Source: an uncultured Clostridium sp. (GTDB lineage Bacteria > Bacillota > Clostridia > Christensenellales > CAG-138). Taken from it: DNA of 64,000 bases. Position numbers and translations under genes: made by a program. This document shows, one piece after another, positions 1 through 8,148 of the stretch. The stretch is from assembly GCA_964392455.1 (NCBI GenBank), contig CAYMPG010000009.1, forward strand, positions 6,896 to 70,895, in the 5' to 3' direction. Position 1 is the stretch's first letter. Each line of letters begins with the position of its first letter. A model generated the notes under the pieces. It did no database searches and was not told the origin of the DNA. It was given only the letters and a program-made list of their open reading frames with translations.

Positions 1-219
1 CAGCACGGAGCCGCCTATGCCGCACAGTATGCCCAGAAAAATCAGTACTCCATACAGCGGCGTGATAACAGCCATAGCTGCTGCACCTACTGGCCCCTCA
101 GAGTGGCCTACGGCTATGGTATCCACAAAGCTGTAGATGGACATTACCACGGCGCTGGCCATGGAGGCTGTCAGGTACTTCAGATAAAGTGGTCTGATTT
201 TTTCGGTGATAAGATTCAT
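1..219 (-). CDS. MATE family efflux transporter, N-terminal part (gene runs off the window start)
   Basis: Minus-strand ATG at 219..217 preceded by AAGGAGG (224..230). My translation is MNLITEKIRPLYLKYLTASMASAVVMSIYSFVDTIAVGHSEGPVGAAAMAVITPLY..., which parallels the N-terminus of the adjacent MATE paralog. It is truncated, so it is absent from the ORF track. Confidence 0.7.
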   Translation of the reverse strand, partial: MNLITEKIRPLYLKYLTASMASAVVMSIYSFVDTIAVGHSEGPVGAAAMAVITPLYGVLIFLGILCGIGGSVL

Positions 220-231
220 TTTTCCTCCTTA

Positions 232-286
232 AAACAAAAAACACCGGATAAGAAGCACCGCACAAAGCAGTTATCTTAATCCGGCG
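232..286 (-). terminator. Leader (attenuator-type) intrinsic terminator upstream of the partial MATE gene
   Basis: The minus-strand RNA reads GCCGGAUUAAGA...UCUUAUCCGGUG followed by UUUUUUGUUUU. It lies between the predicted promoter and the RBS of the MATE gene. Confidence 0.55.
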
Positions 287-385
287 TCGCCACATACGCT
301 GCGCTCGCCCTCCGATAAAAGTCCCTGTGCGACATCTTATCCGGTGCTGTAATTACGTGTTACAGTTCCTCCGATGAACCAGTGT

Positions 386-413
386 AGTATAGCATAATTA
401 TGAGAAAAGTCAA
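386..413 (-). promoter_or_regulatory. Sigma-A type promoter for the partial MATE gene
   Basis: The minus strand reads TTGACT (413..408), a 16-nt spacer, then TGcTATACT (-10 at 391..386). Confidence 0.5.
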
Positions 414-473
414 CGGTATTTTATGTTAAATATGCAGAATATGCAGCCTGTAAGCTATTGATGAACGTGGTGA

Positions 474-522
474 AAATAGAAAAAGGCCGTATATATGCTC
501 CAAGGAAAGCATGTATACGGCC
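474..522 (-). terminator. Intrinsic terminator of the MATE gene at 537..1898
   Basis: 15-bp stem pairing 485..499 with 508..522 (GGCCGTATATATGCT / AGCATGTATACGGCC). On the minus strand it is followed by TTTTTCTATTT. Confidence 0.8.
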
Positions 523-536
523 CGGGTTATTCAGCT

Positions 537-1898
537 TCAGCAGTCGATATCCGCCATGGCCTTGCGGAACTGGAAGAAGAACAGTATGGCGGTGAAGGTG
601 ACGGCAATAATATCCGCTATGGGCTCAGCCATATATACGCCCATGGTGGGATCTGAGGCGATGTGGGGCATAATGTATATGAGGGGCAGCAGCAGTACGA
701 ACTTTCTTACTACTGCTACGATGATGGAGTTTACCGCCTTTCCGAGGGAGGTAAAGGTCATCTGGCAGGCTATCTGTATGCCAAAGAGCAGTATGCCGCC
801 AAGGTAGATACGCAGTGCGGGGGCAGTAAATGCAGCCAGTGCCTTATCCGGAGTGAATATGCCCACGAATACCTGGGGCTTTAGCATTACCAGCGCCCAC
901 AGCACCACGGAATAGGTAAGGCAGGCCTTAAGGAGCAGCCGGAATGCTGCCTTTACCCGGCCGCTGTTTCGTGCGCCGTAGTTGTAGCTGATGATGGGCT
1001 GGGCGCCCTGAGCTATGCCCTGCATGGGGAGCATGGCAAACTGCATAACGCTTGTAAGTATGGTCATGGCGCCAACGGCTATGTCTCCGCCATAGTGCAG
1101 CAGAGATGAGTTGAAGCAAACCGAAATAACGCTTTCGCTGGCCTGCATGATAAATGCAGCAGTGCCAAGGGCAAGGCAGGGGAATATCACCTTGGCCTCA
1201 AGGCGCATATTTGCCTTTTTGAGCCGGATAAGGCTCTTTTTGCCAACGAGGAAGTACAGCACCCACAGGCAGGATACGGCCTGGGAGATTATGGTGGCAA
1301 GGGCGGCACCCTTTACGCCCATGCCAAGGGCAAAGATGAATATGGGGTCAAGAATGATATTGCAGACTGCGCCTATGATAACTGATACCATGGCGGTCTT
1401 TGTGAAGCCCTGGGCAGTGATGAAGGAATTCATGCCCAGCGTAAGCTGAACGAATACCGTGCCAAGGGCGTATACGGTCATATAGTCAGTGGCGTAGCCG
1501 ATGGTGTTTTCGCTGGCACCGAAGGAGAGCAGCAGCTCCCTGTTCCACATCAGCAAAACGGCAGTGAGCACGGCGGATATGATAATCTGAGCGGAGAAGC
1601 AGTTGCCAAGAATGTTTTCCGCCATGTCGTTATCCTGCCTGCCCATGGATATGGAGGCACGGGGAGCGCCGCCTGAGCTTACAAGGGCGGCAAAGGCGGA
1701 AACTATCATGATGAGCGGCATACACACACCCACGCCTGTAAGGGCAAGGCTGCCGGTCTCAGGTATGCGGCCAATGTATATGCGGTCTACCAGATTGTAA
1801 AGCAAATTGATAAGCTGAGCCACCACCGTGGGGACGGACAGCTTAAACAGCAGCTCTCCAAGGGGAGCTGTTCCGAGAAAATCCTTTTGATCCTGCAT
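537..1898 (-). CDS. MATE family efflux transporter
   Basis: 453-aa ORF that is hydrophobic throughout with about 12 predicted helices. The N-terminus LGELLFKLSVPTVVAQLINLLYNLVDRIYIGR is typical of MATE/NorM-like proteins. Confidence 0.9.
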   Translation of the reverse strand: MQDQKDFLGTAPLGELLFKLSVPTVVAQLINLLYNLVDRIYIGRIPETGSLALTGVGVCMPLIMIVSAFAALVSSGGAPRASISMGRQDNDMAENILGNCFSAQIIISAVLTAVLLMWNRELLLSFGASENTIGYATDYMTVYALGTVFVQLTLGMNSFITAQGFTKTAMVSVIIGAVCNIILDPIFIFALGMGVKGAALATIISQAVSCLWVLYFLVGKKSLIRLKKANMRLEAKVIFPCLALGTAAFIMQASESVISVCFNSSLLHYGGDIAVGAMTILTSVMQFAMLPMQGIAQGAQPIISYNYGARNSGRVKAAFRLLLKACLTYSVVLWALVMLKPQVFVGIFTPDKALAAFTAPALRIYLGGILLFGIQIACQMTFTSLGKAVNSIIVAVVRKFVLLLPLIYIMPHIASDPTMGVYMAEPIADIIAVTFTAILFFFQFRKAMADIDC

Positions 1899-2081
1899 GG
1901 GTATAACGTATTCTCCTATAAAAATAACTTCAAATGAGAGTATACATCCCTAAAATCGGAAAGAAAAGCATATAAGCAGGATAAAAGCAATATTTCACAC
2001 CGGAGTGCGGTAAACTTCACAAATCGGCAACGATTTACAGGCAGCCCGTTCTGTATGGCTGCCTGTAAGTGTATTTTGTGG

Positions 2082-2885
2082 CTATGGCCGCAGGCCAAGG
2101 CCCCCCTGCAGGGTAAGCGTCTCGCCGGTAAGGTACTTAAGGTCTGGAGAGGCAAGCATAACGCAGGCACGGCCTATGTCCTTTTCGGAGTGACCGTAGC
2201 GACCCATGGGCGGCATATGAAGGTTTGCCTTAAAGGCCTCAGGGTATTCAGCCTCGAATTGCTCAAGCTGCAGCGTCCAGGCGAGAGGACAGATAACGTT
2301 TACATTTATGCCGTCCGGCCCCCATTCTGTGGCGGCTACCCGGGAGAGCCCCCGTATGCCCTCCTTGGCTGCGGCGTAGGAGCATTGCCCACGGGTGCCG
2401 AAAAGTCCTGCGCCGGATGCAAAGTTTATTACTGTGCCTTGGGTCTCCTTAAGGTAAGGATAGCAGGCCTGCATATAGTAAAAGGTGGAATAAAGGCCAG
2501 AGTATATGGCAAGGTCAAAATTATCCCCGGTGTGCTGGGAGAGCGGCACTCCTGAGGCGGAGGCCTGTGCGGCGTTTATTAGCACATCTATGCGGCCAAA
2601 ACGGCTTACGGCGCTGCTTACCACGCCGGAGGCTGTGGCAAGGTTATCTGCACCGGCCCGTATATCCGCCTGTATGGGCAGCACATTTACGCCATACAGT
2701 CTTTCGAGCTCCTCCTTTGCGTCCAGCAGCTTTTGCTCATTGCGGCCGGTCAAAACTATATTTGCGCCTTCCTTTGCATAGGCTGTGGCCACGCCGTAGC
2801 CTATGGAGCCGGGCGAACCATCGCTGAGCGGGGAGGTGCGCCCGCCTCCGGTTATGATAGCGGTCTTGTCAGTTAAATATCCCAT
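2082..2885 (-). CDS. SDR family oxidoreductase
   Basis: Start placed at MGYLTDKTAIITGGG behind AAAGGAGG. Contains a TGGG...G Rossmann motif and a YAAAK (YxxxK) catalytic motif. Confidence 0.85.
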   Translation of the reverse strand: MGYLTDKTAIITGGGRTSPLSDGSPGSIGYGVATAYAKEGANIVLTGRNEQKLLDAKEELERLYGVNVLPIQADIRAGADNLATASGVVSSAVSRFGRIDVLINAAQASASGVPLSQHTGDNFDLAIYSGLYSTFYYMQACYPYLKETQGTVINFASGAGLFGTRGQCSYAAAKEGIRGLSRVAATEWGPDGINVNVICPLAWTLQLEQFEAEYPEAFKANLHMPPMGRYGHSEKDIGRACVMLASPDLKYLTGETLTLQGGLGLRP

Positions 2886-2951
2886 GGTGAGAGCCTCCTT
2901 TTTGGGGTTAGCTTTTGCGTTTTTCCGGGAGATATTCATCCATGGGAGCAC

Positions 2952-2981
2952 AAAAAAAGGAACGGCGGTCTGCCGTTCCTT
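2952..2981 (-). terminator. Intrinsic terminator after the Mrp/ApbC gene
   Basis: The minus strand reads AAGGAACGGCAGACCGCCGTTCCTTTTTTTG. Confidence 0.75.
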
Positions 2982-2993
2982 GGATAGCTGAGT

Positions 2994-3818
2994 TTACAGG
3001 GACATTACCTTGTCCGCTGCGCCGGATATGGGGGTAAGGTCCACCGTGTCTATGCGGCCGGCATCGCAGGCTGCTGCAACGGCGGGGTCTATGGGCAGGG
3101 TGGCCAGCAGGGGAATGCCGTAGCCCATGGCAATATCTTCAACATGGCTGTCGCCAAATACCTTTATCTGCTTGCCGCAATCGGGGCAGGTAAAGTAGCT
3201 CATGTTTTCCACTACGCCCAATACGGGGATATTCATCATCTCCGCCATACGCACTGCCTTTTCCACCACCATGGATACAAGGCTCTGGGGGGAGGTGACT
3301 ACGATTATGCCGTCTATGGGCAGGCTCTGGAAAACGGTAAGGGGCACATCGCCGGTTCCCGGAGGCATATCTACAAACATATAGTCCACATCATGCCATA
3401 CCACATCTGTCCAGAACTGCTTTACTACGCCTGCGATAACCGGGCCGCGCCATACTACGGGGTCGGTATCGGATTCCAGCAGAAGGTTGATGGACATGAT
3501 ATTCACGCCGCCCCGGCTTACTACGGGCAGCAGGTGATCCATGCCGTCGCCTAAGGCCTTTTCGGTTATGCCGAATATCTTGGGGATGGAGGGGCCGGTT
3601 ATGTCCGCATCCAGCACGGCGGCTTTTTTGCCGCGGGCGGCCACTGCGGAGGCCAGCATGGAGGTGACCAGGGACTTGCCTACGCCGCCCTTGCCGCTTA
3701 CCACGCCTATCACCTTGCCAACACGGCTGAATTCATTGAGGTTTTCCTTGGGAATTGCATTGCGGGAGGAGCAATCGCTCTGGCCGCAGCTGCTGCAATC
3801 ATGGGTACATTCGCTCAT
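2994..3818 (-). CDS. Mrp/NBP35/ApbC family iron-sulfur cluster carrier ATPase
   Basis: Cys-rich N-terminus (CTHDCSSCGQSDC), deviant Walker A GKGGVGKS, and a CPDC motif. Confidence 0.9.
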   Translation of the reverse strand: MSECTHDCSSCGQSDCSSRNAIPKENLNEFSRVGKVIGVVSGKGGVGKSLVTSMLASAVAARGKKAAVLDADITGPSIPKIFGITEKALGDGMDHLLPVVSRGGVNIMSINLLLESDTDPVVWRGPVIAGVVKQFWTDVVWHDVDYMFVDMPPGTGDVPLTVFQSLPIDGIIVVTSPQSLVSMVVEKAVRMAEMMNIPVLGVVENMSYFTCPDCGKQIKVFGDSHVEDIAMGYGIPLLATLPIDPAVAAACDAGRIDTVDLTPISGAADKVMSL

Positions 3819-3941
3819 GGTACTCGCCTTTCCTAAGTGGGTATTTTATTCACTATATAGGATTATAGCCTCCTTTCATAGTTACGTCAAAGGCAGAGGA
3901 GCAAAAAGGAGGCATTTTGAGCAAATATATAAAATCAACAG

Positions 3942-3970
3942 TTAAAAGATGGCGTATTGTGTGGTAAAAT
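3942..3970 (+). promoter_or_regulatory. Candidate extended -10 promoter of the nifS-thiI operon
   Basis: TTAAAA, a 17-nt spacer that ends in the extended -10 TGG, then TAAAAT (3965..3970), about 100 nt upstream of the ATG. Confidence 0.4.
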
Positions 3971-4072
3971 ATGGTTTGGCATTATGGCGGCAAGTCCCAT
4001 GGGGACAGTGTTGGACATATACTGTATTGGGGATACTTCCCCAACTAAATCGATATACGGAGAAAAATAACC

Positions 4073-5212
4073 ATGATATACCTTGATAACAGCGCTACCA
4101 CCCCCACGCTGCCCGGGGCAGCGGAAAGGGCGGCCCAATACATGACGGAGGAATTCTTTAACCCTGCCGCTGCTTACTCCCCTGCCGTAAGGGAGGAGAG
4201 GGCGGTAAATGCCGCAAGAAAGACCCTTGCCGGGGTAATAGGTGTTACCGGGGAGGAGATACTTTTTACCTCGGGCGGCACAGAGAGCAACAATATGGCC
4301 ATCTTCGGCTCCCTTAGGGCCATGAGGGGTCAGGGCAGGATAATCATGGGGGCAACGGAGCATCCCTCCATATATGAGCCCTTCCAGAGCCTTGCCCAGC
4401 AGTACGATGTGCGTGAGGCGCCTGTGGATGAAGCCGGCGCAGTTGACCTTGAGGTGCTGGAGCAAATGATAACGGCAGATACCCGCCTGGTATCCATCAT
4501 GCAGGTGAATAACGAGGTGGGCGCAGTAAATGACACTGAGGCCATAAGGAGCATACTGAGAAGGAAGGCCCCCGGCGCTCTGCTGCATATGGATGGCGTT
4601 CAGGGCTTCCTGAAGGTGCCGTTTGATGCAAAGCATTGCGACCTTTACTCCATAAGCGGCCATAAGTTTCACGCTCCCAAGGGAGTGGGTGCCCTGTACG
4701 TAAGAAACGGAATAAGGTTTGCCGGCGGCCAGATAGGCGGCGGGCAGGAGCGCAACCTTCGCAGCGGCACCACCAATACGCCCGGCATAATGGGCATGGA
4801 GGCTGCCATAAAGGACTATACTGCGAACCTTGGTGCCTACCGGGAAAGTATGCGGCGCTGCAAGGTACGCCTTGCGGGCCTGCTTACGGAGCTGCCTGAT
4901 GTGGTGATAAACGGGCCTGCCCCTGAGCAGGGCGCACCCCATATACTCAATGCATCCTTCATGGGAGTAAGGGGAGAGGTGCTGCTGCATGCGCTGGAGG
5001 AAAAGGAAATATACGTTTCCACCGGATCAGCCTGTTCTGCCCACAAAAAGGGCAAAAATCGCATACTCAACGCCATGGGCATAAAGGGAGAGCGACAGGA
5101 GGGAGCCATACGCTTCAGCTTCAGCCCGCGCAATACCGAGGAGGAAATGTACAAGACCGCCGAGGCAATTGCTTCCATAATCTCCATGCTGAGGCGCTTT
5201 AAGAGAAGATAA
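4073..5212 (+). CDS. Cysteine desulfurase (NifS/IscS class V aminotransferase)
   Basis: Contains MIYLDNSATTP, SGHKFHAPKGVGALY (PLP lysine) and GSACS (catalytic Cys loop). It is followed directly by thiI. Confidence 0.92.
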   Translation: MIYLDNSATTPTLPGAAERAAQYMTEEFFNPAAAYSPAVREERAVNAARKTLAGVIGVTGEEILFTSGGTESNNMAIFGSLRAMRGQGRIIMGATEHPSIYEPFQSLAQQYDVREAPVDEAGAVDLEVLEQMITADTRLVSIMQVNNEVGAVNDTEAIRSILRRKAPGALLHMDGVQGFLKVPFDAKHCDLYSISGHKFHAPKGVGALYVRNGIRFAGGQIGGGQERNLRSGTTNTPGIMGMEAAIKDYTANLGAYRESMRRCKVRLAGLLTELPDVVINGPAPEQGAPHILNASFMGVRGEVLLHALEEKEIYVSTGSACSAHKKGKNRILNAMGIKGERQEGAIRFSFSPRNTEEEMYKTAEAIASIISMLRRFKRR

Positions 5213-5282
5213 CCTGATGCACACAGCCGTTTCCGCCGGAGCATCCGGCGGAGACGGCACAAATGGGAGGAAAAATACAAAA

Positions 5283-6470
5283 ATGGAACGGGTATTACTG
5301 GTACGCTACGGCGAGATACACCTTAAGGGACTTAACCGCCCCTTTTTCGAGCGCAAGCTGATAGAGGGCATAAAGAGCGCCCTTGTGGATATGCAGGCCA
5401 CCGTCCGCATAGAGCAGGGCCGCATATTCGTATGGGGAATAAGCAGCGAGCAGCAGGATGAGGCTGTGGACAGGCTCACCCGCGTATTCGGCATACACTC
5501 TATAAGCCCCGCTGTGGCGGTGGAAAAGGACTGGAGCGCAATAGTTGAGGCGGTAAAGAGCCAGATGGAGCGCACGCTGTCCGGCAGGGAGCAGGCCACC
5601 TTCAAGTGCTTCTCCCGCAGGGCGGACAAGCGCTTCCCCATGAACAGCGAGCAGATAAACCGTGAGCTGGGCCATGAGCTGCTGATGGCGTTCCCCGGGC
5701 TTTCGGTGGATGTGCATGAGCCGGAGATAAAGGTATGCACCGAAATAAGGGAAAAGGCCTACCTTTACTCTGAGGAGATAATGGGTGCGGGCGGTATGCC
5801 CACAGGCACCTCAGGCAGGGCTGCGCTGCTCATCTCGGGCGGCATAGACAGCCCGGTGGCAGGCTACCTTATGGCACGGCGGGGGCTGGAGCTTTCCGCA
5901 GTGCATTTCTTCAGCTATCCCTATACCAGCGAGCGGGCCAAGGATAAGGTAATAGAGCTTACCAGGCTTGTATCAAGGTATTCAGGGCCGGTGCGGCTGC
6001 ACCTTGTGCCCTTTACGGATATACAGCTTGCCATATATGAGCAGTGCCCTCCCAAGGAGACCACCGTGCTCATGCGGCGGCTGATGATGCACATAGCCGA
6101 GCTGTGGGCCAAAGAGGATGGGGCCCTTGCCCTTATTACCGGAGAGGCGCTGGGCCAGGTGGCCAGCCAGACCCTCGAGAGCCTTTGCGTTACCGATGAC
6201 GCAGTGAGCATGCCGGTATTCCGCCCGCTGATAGGCTTTGATAAGGATGATATAATCGCCATTGCAAAGCGGATAGATACCTTCAATACTTCCATACTCC
6301 CCTATGAGGACTGCTGCACGGTATTCGTGCCCCAGCACCCCGTTACCAAGCCCAAGGTGGAGGATCTTCGCAGGAGCGAGGCCATGGTGGACTTTACCGA
6401 AATGATAAACAGGGCCATGGCAGATACCGAAACCATACTGGTATCCCAGACCGGCACAGAGACAAAATAG
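5283..6470 (+). CDS. thiI: tRNA 4-thiouridine(8) synthase ThiI
   Basis: Start placed at MERVLLVRYGEIHLKG behind GGGAGG. Shows THUMP-type N-terminal sequence and the PP-loop SGGIDSPVA. Confidence 0.92.
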   Translation: MERVLLVRYGEIHLKGLNRPFFERKLIEGIKSALVDMQATVRIEQGRIFVWGISSEQQDEAVDRLTRVFGIHSISPAVAVEKDWSAIVEAVKSQMERTLSGREQATFKCFSRRADKRFPMNSEQINRELGHELLMAFPGLSVDVHEPEIKVCTEIREKAYLYSEEIMGAGGMPTGTSGRAALLISGGIDSPVAGYLMARRGLELSAVHFFSYPYTSERAKDKVIELTRLVSRYSGPVRLHLVPFTDIQLAIYEQCPPKETTVLMRRLMMHIAELWAKEDGALALITGEALGQVASQTLESLCVTDDAVSMPVFRPLIGFDKDDIIAIAKRIDTFNTSILPYEDCCTVFVPQHPVTKPKVEDLRRSEAMVDFTEMINRAMADTETILVSQTGTETK

Positions 6471-6551
6471 TTTTTTTACCCTTTATTTACACTATGCACC
6501 TTAGTATGGTGGTATAATACAGCTGAAAATCAGGGAAAGGAGGTATCCGGT

Positions 6552-7538
6552 ATGAATAAAAAATGGGCGGTGCTCATGGCCTGCCTTGTGCTGCTTGCAG
6601 CGCCGGGGTGCTCAGCAGCAGAGGAGCAGCCCGCTGCGGAGCAGGCAGAGACTACCGGCTACGGCTATGCCGTCTCCGCCACCCCTGAGGTCACTGTGGA
6701 GCAGATACTCAGCGAGTATAATTCCGCCCGCCAGCCCCTGCCTGTGGAGGAGGATGAGGCCGAGGATACCTGCCCGCCCCTTACGCTTGTGCGCTGCGCC
6801 TGTCAGCTTGGCGACAGCTACGTTATCTTCCCCAAGGTAGAGGGGGAGATTGGCCAGATAATAAACGATGCCATATGCTCTGCCGTTATGAACAGGGCGG
6901 AGGAGCTTGGTATTCCAGTATTTGCAGACTATCGGGTGGAGTACAACCGCAATGGCATATTCTCCATGCGTATGTTTTTATACGATATGTATGGTGAATC
7001 CGGCGCTACGGTGGATTGTGTGCCCCTTACCTTCAGCAGTGAGACCGGCCAGCTTTACCGCATAAGCGACCTTTTTGACAGCGAAAGCGAGCTGTGGCGG
7101 GGAAGAATACCCGATATCATCACTGCCCAGGCAGAGGATTACCAGATGGTGCTGCTGGGAGATGTGCTGCCCATATCGGATGACAGGTCTTTTTACATTA
7201 CGGATGAGGCCGTGGTGATAATGTACGACCTGTATGAGATAGCCACCTACTCTGCGGGCGAGCCTTCATTTGAAATAGCAGTAGGGGAAATTGCCGAGTG
7301 CATTGACGATAGCAGCGTGCTGAATGCCATGCTGCAGCAGGAGGAGCAAAGCAACGAAAGTGCTCCGGAGGAGACCCCGGCGCCATCAGTACAGCCTGAG
7401 CCTACTCCCGTGCCTGAGGAAACTATGGAGCCCGGCGCAGAGCATACGGATACGCCTGCCCCGGCATCTGAGCCCACCCAGCCCCCGGTGCAGGGGGCAG
7501 AGGGCGGCGAGGCCGCCGCTGTGGAGGAGGTACAATAA
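6552..7538 (+). CDS. Lipoprotein with a DUF3298/RsiV-PdaC-like domain and an acidic Pro/Glu-rich tail
   Basis: Signal peptide with lipobox LAAPGC. The central region (FYITDEAVVIMYDLYEIATYSAGEPSF) resembles the DUF3298 fold. The C-terminus is low-complexity PEPT-rich. Confidence 0.7.
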   Translation: MNKKWAVLMACLVLLAAPGCSAAEEQPAAEQAETTGYGYAVSATPEVTVEQILSEYNSARQPLPVEEDEAEDTCPPLTLVRCACQLGDSYVIFPKVEGEIGQIINDAICSAVMNRAEELGIPVFADYRVEYNRNGIFSMRMFLYDMYGESGATVDCVPLTFSSETGQLYRISDLFDSESELWRGRIPDIITAQAEDYQMVLLGDVLPISDDRSFYITDEAVVIMYDLYEIATYSAGEPSFEIAVGEIAECIDDSSVLNAMLQQEEQSNESAPEETPAPSVQPEPTPVPEETMEPGAEHTDTPAPASEPTQPPVQGAEGGEAAAVEEVQ

Positions 7539-7783
7539 TGAGGTGCAGCTGCAAAGCCTGCGGAACATACATGATACAGAGCGAAAAGGGCCTGCTCAGC
7601 GGCTGCAAGTGCCCGGAGTGCGGCAATGCCTGCCGGGATTGCATGGGCAGCGTGGAGGCCCCCCTTACGCCGGAGCAGCTCAGGGAAAGGTTTGCAGGGG
7701 CCAGCTTTCAGAGCTTCTCTGCCCAGCCGCCCGAGCCTCCCGAATGGGCGGAGCGGGTAAAGGACTGGCAGAAAAGGCTGTAG
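7538..7783 (+). CDS. Small Cys-rich zinc-ribbon-like protein, hypothetical
   Basis: 81 aa. The first 35 residues carry 8 Cys in paired CxC/CxxC motifs: CSCKAC, CKCPEC, CRDC. Its ATG overlaps the upstream TAA (TAATG). Confidence 0.55.
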   Translation: MRCSCKACGTYMIQSEKGLLSGCKCPECGNACRDCMGSVEAPLTPEQLRERFAGASFQSFSAQPPEPPEWAERVKDWQKRL

Positions 7784-8148
7784 CTACAGTGCATAAAAAT
7801 ACAAAAACCATAGCACATATCTTGTTTCTCGCTTTTAAGCCATATTCTGTTTACATATTTGAACTAAAAAAATCCCGTTATGGGGTTGTGCAATAACGAA
7901 AAACTGTGGTAGTATTACAACAAAAGTTTAGTACACCTCCTGCAAAAGCGTAAAAAATACTCACTCCATTTACGGGGGGGGTAATTTTTTTGCCTAAAAA
8001 CAATTCTGACGACCCACTATTTTTAGCTTGATATGTCAACATTTGTCATGTGCGAGAAAACGACAAACCCATCGTGCTATAATTTTGAATGCGGCGGCGG
8101 GGCAAAAGCCCGCAAAGCAGCAGTTTAGTTTTATAATGGAGGTAGCCT

